Numbered from the stretch's first letter, positions 1 to 9,984 are shown. The stretch is DNA of 64,000 nt from Patescibacteria group bacterium (GCA_035946335.1 DASYZL010000006.1:1772-65771); one strand, 5' to 3'. Program-made: numbers and translations. Notes: generated by a model from the sequence alone, not told the origin.

Positions 1-77
1 AGTAAGATAAAAATGCAGAGAAAAACAAGGTAACTCAGGAACTGAAAGTAATTATTACTTTCTTTGACCCAGATGTA

Positions 78-1070
78 TTATTTCATCTTTGTAACCATAA
101 AGGAGGAATTTCCTGCTAACTGATATCCAGAAATCACAGGACCAATATTGTTTAGTTTGCCTTTTTGCATAGTTGCTTCCATAAGATTATATCCTTTATT
201 CTCCTCCGACTGCAGGAAGTATATGCGATTTTTCATATTGGAAAACACGGGAAAAGCAAAATCACCTGACGCAAGTGTTTGTACATTCATTAGACCGGTA
301 TCGGTAAAATCAGCACGATAAAGAGTAACTGTATTCATATCACTATTTCTTCCCAGAAAAAGAAGCGTTTTCCCATCAGGCGAAAATGACTCCTGGTAAG
401 CATTCTTATTTTCAAAAGTAAGCGTTGTCGTAAAACCGGTATCTTTACTGTACTCTTCAATAGTAGAGTATGGCGCAAGTGTCTTCGAGTCATATTGATA
501 GTAATCGTAGAGAAGCACATTCCCGTTGACAGGATTAAATACCGGATGCGCAATGCCTCCTGAGTAGGGATCAGGATTTGCAATATTTGTCGATGTACCA
601 TCTGAAAGATTTAATACGTATAATGCATTATCAGGAACATTTGTCTGCTGCCTATCCTTATCAGATACATATGCAATTCTATCTTGAGCCGGGTTTACTG
701 CAGGATCAGTCACCCAGTGCATTGTGTCTACAGTACCGGTATTTCCGTTAAACAATGTTTTTATTTTATTGCCTGACTGGTCATACAGCAGTAATGAAGC
801 ATAGTTGATGGTTTTTGCAACAGCAATAATATTACCTCCCGCCATAACAGGTTCAATCAGGTTTTGACCGTGAATAATCTGCTTACTGTTTGTTGTTGTC
901 AGCTGATAAATATCACCACCATTACTTATGGTAACCATATCTCCTGGAGCAATATTTTGCAGGTTAAATGCGGGCGCAGTATTTGTCACCAGTACTGCAT
1001 GAAATGAGGCAAATAGATACCCGATAATAAGGGGTAAAATGCTGAATAGTAGTAATACTCTTTTTTTCAT
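78..1070 (-). CDS. Membrane-anchored beta-propeller protein (TolB/PD40-like repeats)
   Basis: N-terminal hydrophobic anchor; repeated motifs of the form SPDGK / D..A.V.NP..G resembling PD40 (TolB-type) propeller blades. 4-nt ATGA overlap with the upstream LCP gene. Confidence 0.5.
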   Translation of the reverse strand: MKKRVLLLFSILPLIIGYLFASFHAVLVTNTAPAFNLQNIAPGDMVTISNGGDIYQLTTTNSKQIIHGQNLIEPVMAGGNIIAVAKTINYASLLLYDQSGNKIKTLFNGNTGTVDTMHWVTDPAVNPAQDRIAYVSDKDRQQTNVPDNALYVLNLSDGTSTNIANPDPYSGGIAHPVFNPVNGNVLLYDYYQYDSKTLAPYSTIEEYSKDTGFTTTLTFENKNAYQESFSPDGKTLLFLGRNSDMNTVTLYRADFTDTGLMNVQTLASGDFAFPVFSNMKNRIYFLQSEENKGYNLMEATMQKGKLNNIGPVISGYQLAGNSSFMVTKMK

Positions 1071-2116
1071 TGTTGAATATCCTGTTCGTTTGATAAGTTT
1101 GTCAAAGTTGTCTGCGCTGCTTTTGTACCAAAAAGCGTTTCAACAAGCTTTGCAGATTCGGTTGCATTTGCAATAACAATACTCTGGCCGTCTGATGATG
1201 TACCAACTTGTGAGTACGTTGGCGGAGAAAGCGTGAATTGCTTTTCAATGAGACTGTTTTTATTTGTCAGGAAAAAGAACCCAAGCTGTGCGCTATCTGT
1301 AAGGGTAACATCTGTTTTTATTTGACCTTTCAGGTTATCAAATAACCGCGGGGCATCAGTCAGGAGATTTGGCGATGAAAGCAGTGTCTGCTTTAACGCT
1401 AAAAGGAGTTGCCTTTGTCGCTCTGTTCTGCCAAAATCTCCAATTAAGTCTTCATGTCGGGATCGAACGTACTGAAGAGCCTCTTCTCCTGTCATATGCT
1501 GCATACCAGGCTGAATATCAAGACGTTGGTATCCATATGGGTTAGAACTATTAATATCCGTAGGATATGCATTGTCCAGTACTGGATGTACTACCTGTAA
1601 ATTGATGCCTCCAATAGTATCGATACTTTTGATAAACCCATATAATCCTACCCAAGCGTAATGATCAATTGGTATACCAAATGTTTGTTCAACCACTTTT
1701 ATCGCACTGGGGATTCCTTCATATTCCGCAGCTTGATCTATTTTTCCATAGATTTGTTGATCTGGCATTTTCACCCATAAATCTCTGGGAATAGAAAACA
1801 TATCCACTTCTTTTTTTGCATAGTCTATGTGAACAACCATCATTGTTTGCGTTAAAGGATTACCGGTAAACTTTTGATCGTTATCACTCCCAAGGAGAAG
1901 AACATTTGTTTGGTTTGGAAGCTGAGATGTGCTAACAAGCGTTTTCAGGGTAATGTGCTGATTCATCGCTGAAGTGATAAATTGCTCAAGAGCGCCCAGA
2001 AAATAAACAGTGAAGCCAATGCAAAAGAAAACAACAGCAAAAACAAAACAAATGAGTACCCGAATAACAAAAGGCTTCTGTGTCTTTTTTACAGGATTCT
2101 CTTGCATACTGCACAT
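1067..2116 (-). CDS. LytR-CpsA-Psr (LCP) family cell-envelope glycopolymer ligase
   Basis: N-terminal TM segment, then LCP-like motifs (LLLGSDND...; SIPRDLWV; conserved R/D residues). Typical LCP size of ~350 aa. Confidence 0.7.
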   Translation of the reverse strand: MCSMQENPVKKTQKPFVIRVLICFVFAVVFFCIGFTVYFLGALEQFITSAMNQHITLKTLVSTSQLPNQTNVLLLGSDNDQKFTGNPLTQTMMVVHIDYAKKEVDMFSIPRDLWVKMPDQQIYGKIDQAAEYEGIPSAIKVVEQTFGIPIDHYAWVGLYGFIKSIDTIGGINLQVVHPVLDNAYPTDINSSNPYGYQRLDIQPGMQHMTGEEALQYVRSRHEDLIGDFGRTERQRQLLLALKQTLLSSPNLLTDAPRLFDNLKGQIKTDVTLTDSAQLGFFFLTNKNSLIEKQFTLSPPTYSQVGTSSDGQSIVIANATESAKLVETLFGTKAAQTTLTNLSNEQDIQQ

Positions 2117-2319
2117 TGTACCAATTACATTACGGAATAGTCTACATTATCTGATCATTGCTTATTTGTTTAATCTCTTTTATTTTTTGTTGCGAACTAA
2201 ACCATGTCCCTAATTTTTCAAGAAGTGTCTTGTCCATATGAAACGTTATCACATTATAATAAATCTCATAAACAAAATGCTTTGCTTGCATGTTTTTTTG
2301 TGTTATGCTAAATATTCTC

Positions 2320-3120
2320 ATGGAGAACATTATCGCTGTCGCTGATTTGGTAAAAAAATTTCAGAGTTTTGTTGCGGTAAATGCCATTACGTTTCAAGTC
2401 GGCAAAGGAGAAATCTTTGCTTTTCTGGGACCAAACGGCGCCGGCAAAACAACAACGATCAAAATGCTCACGACACTTCTGCAACCGACCAGCGGGACAA
2501 TAACAATTAATAATTTTGATGTTGTACGGGAAAAAGATAACGTACGAAAATCGTTTGGCATTGTCTTTCAGGACCCTAGCCTTGAAGACGAACTGACCGC
2601 AGAAGAGAATATGGAGTTTCATGGGGTACTCTATAATGTTCCAAAGCATATCCGAAAGCAGAGAATAAAAGAATTGTTAACCTTTGTCGAACTTTGGGAT
2701 AGAAAAAACAGTCTCGTTAAAACGTTTTCAGGCGGTATGAAGCGCCGTCTTGAGATCGCTCGAGGCTTATTGCATCATCCAAAAATCTTTTTCCTTGATG
2801 AACCTACTCTTGGGCTTGATCCACAAACGCGAAATCACATCTGGAGTTATATAAAAAATTTGCGTGACAAAGAGGGCATTACGATTTTCTTTACAACACA
2901 CTACATGGAAGAGGCACAGGAAATGGCAGACAGAATTGCTATTATGGATCATGGAAAAATTATGACAATCGGTACATTACCAGAATTGCTCCAGGCAACA
3001 AAAACAAAAAGCCTTGAAAAAGCATTTTTGCATCTTACCGGTAATGAGATTCGCGATGAATATGCAAGCGCTTCCGAAAGACTAAAAGCACGTCCCTTTA
3101 TGAGGGGGCGGATGGGATAA
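2320..3120 (+). CDS. ABC transporter ATP-binding protein
   Basis: Walker A GPNGAGKTT, signature LSGGMKRR, Walker B FFLDEPT, H-loop TTHYMEEA. Start moved from 2290 to the internal Met (MENIIAV...) immediately before the ATPase core. Confidence 0.85.
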   Translation: MENIIAVADLVKKFQSFVAVNAITFQVGKGEIFAFLGPNGAGKTTTIKMLTTLLQPTSGTITINNFDVVREKDNVRKSFGIVFQDPSLEDELTAEENMEFHGVLYNVPKHIRKQRIKELLTFVELWDRKNSLVKTFSGGMKRRLEIARGLLHHPKIFFLDEPTLGLDPQTRNHIWSYIKNLRDKEGITIFFTTHYMEEAQEMADRIAIMDHGKIMTIGTLPELLQATKTKSLEKAFLHLTGNEIRDEYASASERLKARPFMRGRMG

Positions 3121-3129
3121 TACATTACT

Positions 3130-3873
3130 ATGAATGCTATTTATATTTTATGGCTCCGCGAATTAAAACGGTATTTCCGTTCACGGGCGCGGATGATTGG
3201 CTCATTGGGACAGCCTGTTTTGTTCCTACTGGCTTTGGGCTTTGGACTTGGGCCTGTGTTTCAACGGGCAGGACAAGGAAACTACTTTCAATTTCTCGCA
3301 CCAGGCGTTATGGCAATGGGTATTTTGTTTACCGCAATTTTTGCTGGTATTCAAGTCATATGGGACAAACAGTTTGGCTTCCTGAAAGAAACTCTCGTTG
3401 CTCCTGTATCACGCCTTAATATTATGCTTGGCAAAACGCTCGGCGGGGCAACCATTGCCTTCATTCAGGGAACAGTTGTTTTTATCCTGGCAATTATTTT
3501 TGGCTTTCGCCCCGACTTGACACTTTTACCGCTGACACTTTTATTCATGCTTATTATTGCCATTTTCTTTACCGCTTTGGGGATCTCGGTAGCATCAATG
3601 CTTGAAGATATTTCGGGTTTTCAGCTCATTATGAATTTTCTCGTACAACCATTATTCTTTTTATCCGGTGCGCTCTATCCGTTAACAAATTTACCCTCAG
3701 TATTAACAACCATTACCAGTATTGATCCCTTAACGTATGGTGTGGACGGTATTCGAGGATCGCTAACACATACGACTCATTTCGGCTTGGGTACTGACCT
3801 GGGCGTTCTTATCATATTGATGTTTGTCGTATTAAGTATTGGCAGTTATCTCTTCTCCAAGATAGAGATGTAA
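3130..3873 (+). CDS. ABC-2 family exporter permease
   Basis: Lies 10 nt downstream of the ABC ATPase. ~6 predicted TM helices and an ABC-2 type layout (N-terminal cytoplasmic basic segment RELKRYFRSRARMIGSL). Confidence 0.75.
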   Translation: MNAIYILWLRELKRYFRSRARMIGSLGQPVLFLLALGFGLGPVFQRAGQGNYFQFLAPGVMAMGILFTAIFAGIQVIWDKQFGFLKETLVAPVSRLNIMLGKTLGGATIAFIQGTVVFILAIIFGFRPDLTLLPLTLLFMLIIAIFFTALGISVASMLEDISGFQLIMNFLVQPLFFLSGALYPLTNLPSVLTTITSIDPLTYGVDGIRGSLTHTTHFGLGTDLGVLIILMFVVLSIGSYLFSKIEM

Positions 3874-3913
3874 TCATTGCCATATTTTCGTACAGCGTTT
3901 TTTTAAATCCCTC

Positions 3914-4138
3914 TTGACAACATGGATCCGCATATGTCTTACTAAGAATATGAAAAGGAAAAAAGTCGCCAAGAAGAAAACAATTTCACATAGAAAAAAA
4001 GCGGATCAGGTATTTTATAAAAGATTTTTTATTGCATCCTTTACGTTAGCAGTTGTTATCCTGTTAAATTTTGCATTTTTGCAGTTCCAGCAATCCCATC
4101 AGACACAACAAGTAGCGGGAGCATCCACAACACAATAA
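3914..4138 (+). CDS. Hypothetical small basic/TM protein (possibly spurious)
   Basis: 74-aa ORF with a Lys-rich N-terminus and one hydrophobic helix. TTGACA hexamer at 3914-3919. No recognisable domain. Confidence 0.2.
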   Translation: MTTWIRICLTKNMKRKKVAKKKTISHRKKADQVFYKRFFIASFTLAVVILLNFAFLQFQQSHQTQQVAGASTTQ

Positions 4139-4162
4139 TTTCTTCTCTCTTTCTCTAAAAAA

Positions 4163-5221
4163 TTATCCGAAAATATACTTTGCACCGGGAAGTTTTTTTC
4201 CTATCGCGACAATAAGAAACGTCACCGTGAAAGTGATCAATGATGGCAACAGAGCAAATAATGCAAGCGGTTTATGCAGCTGCCAAGGCCACAAGTGGAA
4301 ATAGGTCTTTACCAAATCCAGCATGAGGTAATGTAAAAGATAGATGCCGAATGTTGTTGAGGCAATAAATAGTATATATGGTTTGTATTTTACCGAAAAT
4401 GCGATATCCTTAAGAGCAAGAAAGAAAAACAGGCTCATTGGGAATAATGTCGGACTGTAGTTGAAAACAATAAACGCACTCATGTTCCCTCTTGCAATAT
4501 CATTGGTAATAAAACCTAAAAGCAGGTAACAAATACCCAGAAGAAACGCCACTTTCCCTGATATATGTATTGAGCGGAAATAACCGCCTGCAAAAAAATA
4601 ACTGAGATACGGGATAAAAATGGTAATGATGTTTCCTGTTACGTCAAAATGATATGCTGGAAGATTTGCCCAGACAGCACACAAAAGACTTACCATAATC
4701 AAACCGAATAATAACCAGGCCTGCGCTCTTCTGCTTGCTGTGGCCATACATGTTACGAGAAACGGTGCAACAAGGTATAGTTCAAGAATAATGACAAGGA
4801 AATATAAATGACGTAAGTTGACAAACCAGATGGATGCAAGAATATATTGCGGCGTAATTATCTGATGTCCCCAAAACGCGTCCCACCAGAAATATACTAT
4901 AGTCCAAATGACCAATGGAAGGAATATACGGGAAAATCTCCGTTTTAAAAATTGTTTTTTATCTGTTGTCTTCTCTTTCCGTAAAATCAAAAATCCGCTG
5001 AGTAAAACGAATACCGGCACGGCAACACGCGAAAGCGTGTTGAGATAGTAGATAATATACCATGACATATCACCCTTGAGTGTCGGCCAAAGCACAAACA
5101 TATCTGTTGAGTGACTGAAAACCACAAAAAACGCAGCAAGAATACGTATAATATCTGCAGAAAGGGTATACTGTTTTTTCTCCACTGTTCGTATTGTACT
5201 GAGATGCTTTTTTTGACGCAA
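4163..5221 (-). CDS. Acyltransferase family 3 (OafA/YrhL-like) membrane O-acyltransferase
   Basis: ~10 TM helices. N-terminal region ...ADIIRILAAFFVVFSHS... matches the acyltransferase_3 conserved R..A...V...H start. Size of ~350 aa is typical. Confidence 0.7.
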   Translation of the reverse strand: MRQKKHLSTIRTVEKKQYTLSADIIRILAAFFVVFSHSTDMFVLWPTLKGDMSWYIIYYLNTLSRVAVPVFVLLSGFLILRKEKTTDKKQFLKRRFSRIFLPLVIWTIVYFWWDAFWGHQIITPQYILASIWFVNLRHLYFLVIILELYLVAPFLVTCMATASRRAQAWLLFGLIMVSLLCAVWANLPAYHFDVTGNIITIFIPYLSYFFAGGYFRSIHISGKVAFLLGICYLLLGFITNDIARGNMSAFIVFNYSPTLFPMSLFFFLALKDIAFSVKYKPYILFIASTTFGIYLLHYLMLDLVKTYFHLWPWQLHKPLALFALLPSLITFTVTFLIVAIGKKLPGAKYIFG

Positions 5222-5278
5222 GACGCGCTTTACCTTTTATTACCTTTGTACAATACTCACATCTGCTATACTAATAGT

Positions 5279-6046
5279 ATGAGCAAAAAGGATGCGATTA
5301 TTCAGGTGAAAAATCTGATAAAGAAATTCGGGAATTTTACTGCAGTGGATGATATTTCGTTTGAAGTTTATGAAGGTGAAATCTTCGGCATACTGGGACC
5401 AAACGGTGCAGGCAAAACAACGACACTGGAAATCATAGAAACTTTGCAAAAGCAAACAGACGGCGAAGTCCTGGTTGATGATATCAACGTTAGCCAACAT
5501 CCATGGGAAGTGAAGCAACGGATTGGCGTACAATTACAGTCAACAAATTTTTACCCGGAATTGAATCTTATAGAATTATTAAAACTCTTTGGTGCAATGT
5601 ATGACGTTCCAGTCAACCCAATGGAAATGCTTAAGAAAGTACAGCTTGAAGATAAAGCAAAAAATTATGTGAAGCAGCTATCCGGTGGACAAAAACAACG
5701 GTTCTCAGTCGCTTCAACTTTAGTCAATAAACCGAAAGTGATTTTTTTAGATGAACCGACAACCGGACTGGACCCACAGGCAAGATTGCATCTATGGGAT
5801 ATGTTGAGCGATATTAATAAAGAAGGGACAACGCTTGTTTTAACAACCCATTATATGGAAGAGGCTGAAAAATTGTGTGACAGAATTGCAATTATGGATC
5901 ACGGGAAAATACTGCAGATTAACACACCGAAAAAATATATTTCGGACTTGCTTGAAACGGGTTTTAAAAAAGAAGTTGTACAGCAAAAAGCAAATCTGGA
6001 GGATGTCTTTTTGCATTTGACAGGGAGAGGTTTACGGGATGAGTAA
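5279..6046 (+). CDS. ABC transporter ATP-binding protein (second copy)
   Basis: Walker A GPNGAGKTT, signature LSGGQKQR, Walker B FLDEPTTGLD, H-loop LTTHYMEEA. The ORF-track start at 5111 would overlap the convergent acyltransferase gene, so the internal Met MSKKDAIIQVKNL at 5279 was used. Confidence 0.85.
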   Translation: MSKKDAIIQVKNLIKKFGNFTAVDDISFEVYEGEIFGILGPNGAGKTTTLEIIETLQKQTDGEVLVDDINVSQHPWEVKQRIGVQLQSTNFYPELNLIELLKLFGAMYDVPVNPMEMLKKVQLEDKAKNYVKQLSGGQKQRFSVASTLVNKPKVIFLDEPTTGLDPQARLHLWDMLSDINKEGTTLVLTTHYMEEAEKLCDRIAIMDHGKILQINTPKKYISDLLETGFKKEVVQQKANLEDVFLHLTGRGLRDE

Positions 6047-7136
6047 AAATTTTAGGAAACCAAGACAGTTACCTGGTTACTTTGCATTGTCATGGTATGC
6101 ATTTAAAGCTCAAACGCGAAATCCAGCAACGTTTGCCTTCGGGTTTATTTTTCCGATAGTCTTTATTAGTATCTTCGGGCTCATCGGAAATACACCACAA
6201 AAATTGACGATTGGCGTTCCAAAGACTTCATCGCAAAATAACCCGGTCATTGCTGCATTACAAAAACAATCGTACGTTATACTGAAGCGAAGTAATGAAA
6301 GTACCCTTGAGACGCAACTGAAACAGGGGAAGCTATCCGGTATTCTCGCAATTACAGAGATGCCAGCAAATCACTTTTCCGTTTCTCTCATAACCTCTTC
6401 TGCCAATCAGCAGGAAGCAGCGACGTTACAAGGTACGATGCAGGGAATTACAGATGCATTGAATCTACATCTTGCCGGCGTAACACATCCACCTGTCACA
6501 TTAACACAGCAGGAAGTATCAGGGAGACAAAATCGCTACATTGATTTTGCTCTTCCCGGACAAATCGGTTTTTCCCTGCTATCTACTGCAGTATTTGGAA
6601 CTGTTTTCGGATTGATTTATCTGAAAAAGGCACTCGTGTTAAAACGGATGTTCTCTACCCCCTCCCGTCCGCTGACAATTTTATTCGCACAGGGAACGAG
6701 TAGGCTCATCATGGCAATCATGCAAACATTATTGATTCTCCTGTTCGGCGTATTCCTCTTCCATTTCTACTTACCCCATGGACTGATAACATTTGCAGAA
6801 CTGATGCTCATTGCTGCATTAGGGTTAATTGCATTTTTGGGATTTGGGTATTTCATGGCAGGACTAGTGAATGACGAAAACTCCGCAAGTCCTCTTGTGA
6901 ACCTGGTAACGCTGCCTCAATTTTTGTTAAGCGGTACTTTTTTCTCAACAGATTCCCTTCCGAATTGGGTGCAACCGATTGCGAATAATTTACCGCTTTC
7001 GTATTTCAACGTCGCTGTACGGAAAATTACTACTGAGGGAGGAAACTTCGTTGATACAGTACCATATCTTATAGGTTTACTCCTTTGGGGCATAGTGATG
7101 TATGTACTTGCTGCATGGACGTTTAAGTGGGAATAA
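6039..7136 (+). CDS. ABC-2 family exporter permease (second copy)
   Basis: ATGA overlap with the upstream ATPase. N-terminal TM, a large extracytoplasmic loop, then 5 C-terminal TM helices (ABC-2 / YhgE-like topology). Confidence 0.7.
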   Translation: MSKNFRKPRQLPGYFALSWYAFKAQTRNPATFAFGFIFPIVFISIFGLIGNTPQKLTIGVPKTSSQNNPVIAALQKQSYVILKRSNESTLETQLKQGKLSGILAITEMPANHFSVSLITSSANQQEAATLQGTMQGITDALNLHLAGVTHPPVTLTQQEVSGRQNRYIDFALPGQIGFSLLSTAVFGTVFGLIYLKKALVLKRMFSTPSRPLTILFAQGTSRLIMAIMQTLLILLFGVFLFHFYLPHGLITFAELMLIAALGLIAFLGFGYFMAGLVNDENSASPLVNLVTLPQFLLSGTFFSTDSLPNWVQPIANNLPLSYFNVAVRKITTEGGNFVDTVPYLIGLLLWGIVMYVLAAWTFKWE

Positions 7137-7148
7137 TTTTCTTTCCCG

Positions 7149-8327
7149 TTACTTCTTCTGTTTGGATTCGCGCTCGGCAAGGAAGAAAATTGGTAGTGCG
7201 ATTAGTTGCAAAAGAACGGAAAAGAAAATAAGAGCTGGAATCGATTTATCATACAACACTCCTATTGTTGCACTTCCAAGAAACCAGAAAATACCATAAC
7301 TTGTATCAAATACGCCGAATCCAGTACTTCGCTTGTTTGCAGGAATAATAGGTACGAGTATCGATTTCAGTAGCGAATCTTGGGCGCCTATACCTGCTCC
7401 CCATAAAATCATCCCGAAAAGCGCAAAGAGCGAATTGCCGAGAAAAATAAATGGAGCAAATAAGGAAGAGATAAAAAATGCAATGAATACTGATGGAAAA
7501 CCTATTTTATCCAACAACTTACCAAACAATAACGCTGTTATGGCACCTGTTGCCATCGCAACTGCATAGTAGATAGGAATAATATGACTGGAAATAATAT
7601 GTGTTTTTTGGAAATGGAATGAAATAAGGGAAAAATCCACAAACCCGGCTGCTATGCATGCACCTGCTATCACGGAAAACCAGTATGCACTTGAAAACCC
7701 TTTTGTTCGCAATGGTATTGCTTCTTTTTTTTCTAAGTCTTGAGGACGCGGATACAAAATCCTGGCAAGAATAAGGGTAACAAAACACAATACTGCTGAA
7801 ATAAGAAGTACGGCAAACCCATACCTATAACCCCCTTTTAGATAAAGTACGAGAGCAACAATTAATGGTCCAATTGTTGCTCCTGTCTGATCAAGCGCCT
7901 CATTGAATCCAAATACCCACCCTCGTCCCATTTCTTTTGTTGTATATGCGAGCATGGTATCAATGTTTGGTTTTCTTATCGCCCTGCCTGTTCGCTCAAG
8001 TATCATTAACGCTGCTGCTGTTGGCCAGTTACCGGCAAGAGCGAGTGCCGGAACTGCAAACAAATTGATAAAGTAACCAAAAAGGGTCATTAACCAGTAT
8101 TTATGGGTTTTATCACCAATAAACCCTGTGATTGAACGTAATCCATATCCCATCAATTCACCAAACCCTGCAACGAATCCAACAATTGTTCCGCTGGCAC
8201 CCAGAGTCCCGAGAAATGCGCCCATGACGCTTCGCCCACCCTCATAGGTAAAATCTGCAAAGAGATTAACGATACCAATGATGAGAACAAAACGGAATGC
8301 CAAATTGGCAATATGCTTTTTCGTCAT
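7149..8327 (-). CDS. MFS transporter
   Basis: 12 predicted TM helices in two 6-helix bundles with a basic central loop. MFS-like loop motif G.A.R..N around helices 2-3. Confidence 0.75.
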   Translation of the reverse strand: MTKKHIANLAFRFVLIIGIVNLFADFTYEGGRSVMGAFLGTLGASGTIVGFVAGFGELMGYGLRSITGFIGDKTHKYWLMTLFGYFINLFAVPALALAGNWPTAAALMILERTGRAIRKPNIDTMLAYTTKEMGRGWVFGFNEALDQTGATIGPLIVALVLYLKGGYRYGFAVLLISAVLCFVTLILARILYPRPQDLEKKEAIPLRTKGFSSAYWFSVIAGACIAAGFVDFSLISFHFQKTHIISSHIIPIYYAVAMATGAITALLFGKLLDKIGFPSVFIAFFISSLFAPFIFLGNSLFALFGMILWGAGIGAQDSLLKSILVPIIPANKRSTGFGVFDTSYGIFWFLGSATIGVLYDKSIPALIFFSVLLQLIALPIFFLAERESKQKK

Positions 8328-8434
8328 AGTAATAAAAGTATACCACTAAAATAAAAATCAATGAGAAAGGTTCTTAATAAGCAACAGGGCCCAAGATCAG
8401 GAAGCGCAATAAAATATGATATACTCAAGTACGT

Positions 8435-8839
8435 ATGAAGCTGCAGCACGCACTCTCTATGCAAGGTATATTTGTATTGGTATTTCTGGTTATTGAATAC
8501 TTCCTAGGTATGTTTACGAATTTATTTATATCGTTTCCGAACAATACATATGGAGGCAAAGCCTGGGTATTTGCGTGGCGCCAAATTCCGCTAGCACTCC
8601 ATATCATCGTAGGATTTTCTTTGTTGGTTGGCGCAATTGTCTTAGTAGTCAGAGCAATCAGACAAAAAAATAAAAACTGGATACTTGCATCTGTTATTGG
8701 TTTTATTGCAATTCTTTCTGCTGCACTTGCAGGCGCATTGTTCATTTCTTTACAAAGGAGCATTTATTCGTTCATTATGGCTATAAGTTTTGTAGTTGCT
8801 CTATTTGCCTACGGATGGGGAGTATACAAAGAACGATAA
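8435..8839 (+). CDS. Small integral membrane protein (4 TM)
   Basis: 134-aa ORF with four clear hydrophobic helices. Preferred over the overlapping antisense ORF 8425..8763, which lacks any features. Confidence 0.45.
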   Translation: MKLQHALSMQGIFVLVFLVIEYFLGMFTNLFISFPNNTYGGKAWVFAWRQIPLALHIIVGFSLLVGAIVLVVRAIRQKNKNWILASVIGFIAILSAALAGALFISLQRSIYSFIMAISFVVALFAYGWGVYKER

Positions 8840-9250
8840 AAACAATTCCCTTTCATTATCACCATCAACAATCTACTCATAGATAAAACTATTATCTTTT
8901 TATCACAAGTGTGCTAGGGAATATTGGAGATTTCCCAATAAACATCACTTTACCGGCTGATTTGCTCTGGCTATAGTATGTAGCACCATACAACACTGAG
9001 AAAAAAATGAGCAAGAACAGAACAAACAAAACCTTACGCATCTGAAACAATGTGGAAATGTTTTTTGCTTTTTCTGATTCCTCTTCTCATGAATTTTTGT
9101 AAAGAATAAAATATCTCAAGGTACGTAGTATTTGTTTCTTTCATAATGTCAATATGATACTCATTCATACATTTTTCGTGCAAGAAATAGTACCAAGCAT
9201 ATCCCCACATAGTTCACCCCCTTTCCTTTTGTGTGTTTTATTAGTATTAA

Positions 9251-9280
9251 AAAACCAGCCATCTGGCTGGTTTTCTGGTT
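9251..9280. terminator. Perfect 11-bp stem / 3-nt loop hairpin (AAAACCAGCCA-TCT-TGGCTGGTTTT) followed by a T-rich tract
   Basis: Read directly from the sequence at 9251-9275. Sits in a 690-bp ORF-free gap, so the transcript it terminates is unassigned (possible sRNA or small-ORF terminator). Confidence 0.35.
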
Positions 9281-9512
9281 TCTTGGTAATCGTTTTTATT
9301 TACTCTACACATAGATATAACTTCATATGAGAAACCAGTAGATTTTCCGGTCCGTTAACAAGAGAGATCAATGAAGAAGGTTTGAAAGTCAATGTAACCA
9401 TACTGAATTGTATTATTATCACAGTGTTTCATTTCTGTCAATGATTTTTTTCACCCAGAACAGCAAAGTAACCCATCCTTGAAAAAATAGTCAAAATTTT
9501 TATACTTTTTTA

Positions 9513-9521
9513 TGGTATAAT
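9513..9521 (+). promoter_or_regulatory. Extended -10 promoter element (TGGTATAAT) for a leaderless transcript of the 9529 gene
   Basis: TGnTATAAT at 9513-9521. The ATG of the downstream ORF at 9529 is only ~7 nt after the -10, implying a leaderless mRNA. Confidence 0.35.
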
Positions 9522-9528
9522 CACATTA

Positions 9529-9957
9529 ATGCATAAAACATTTTATGCAAGCGGATTTTTATACCATTTACCTTCTGAACAAATTCTCTTGCAACAAGAT
9601 ACTTCTTTATACAATCATGCATCTCATTGGTTTTTATTCTGCAGAAAATATACTAAAAATGAGAATCCAGAGGAAGTTTTCCAAAAAATAATCTTCGACT
9701 TCCTTGGTATAGAAGCGGTTTCAGTCCAACCAGTGTACTCATATGAGAATGAACATGCGAATCAATGTATTTTTTATTCTGAATTGGAAGCATTACAAAA
9801 TTTTTCTTCAAAAAATGGCCTTACTTTTAAATGGTTTACATTCAAAGATGTTGAAAAACTAAAAATTATGGAACAAACGAAACACGATATCGTTGTCGGA
9901 CAACGGGTAATTAATGCAGCATCAAGAAAACGGAGAGGTGAACATACATTTCTCTAA
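9529..9957 (+). CDS. Hypothetical protein
   Basis: 142-aa ORF with its own promoter-like sequence. No recognisable domain. Confidence 0.4.
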   Translation: MHKTFYASGFLYHLPSEQILLQQDTSLYNHASHWFLFCRKYTKNENPEEVFQKIIFDFLGIEAVSVQPVYSYENEHANQCIFYSELEALQNFSSKNGLTFKWFTFKDVEKLKIMEQTKHDIVVGQRVINAASRKRRGEHTFL

Positions 9958-9984
9958 ATTACCTATCTCTTCAGAGATATGACA

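Noticed and set aside
2010-2649. Short ORFs 2010..2213(+), 2142..2330(-), 2308..2649(-) around the LCP/ABC junction
   Set aside because: They overlap better-supported genes or their promoter region, have no domains, and are likely spurious.
3150-3419. Alternative-frame ORFs (89 aa, 62 aa) inside the ABC-2 permease gene
   Set aside because: These are internal out-of-frame ORFs of a membrane-protein gene with no features.
5111-5278. Upstream extension of the second ABC ATPase ORF (GTG at 5111)
   Set aside because: It would overlap the 3' end of the convergent acyltransferase gene by >100 nt, and the conserved ATPase N-terminus begins at Met 5279.
8425-8763. 112-aa minus-strand ORF overlapping the 8435..8839 membrane-protein gene
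   Set aside because: It is an antisense shadow of a plus-strand ORF with clear TM helices, and has no motif or start context.
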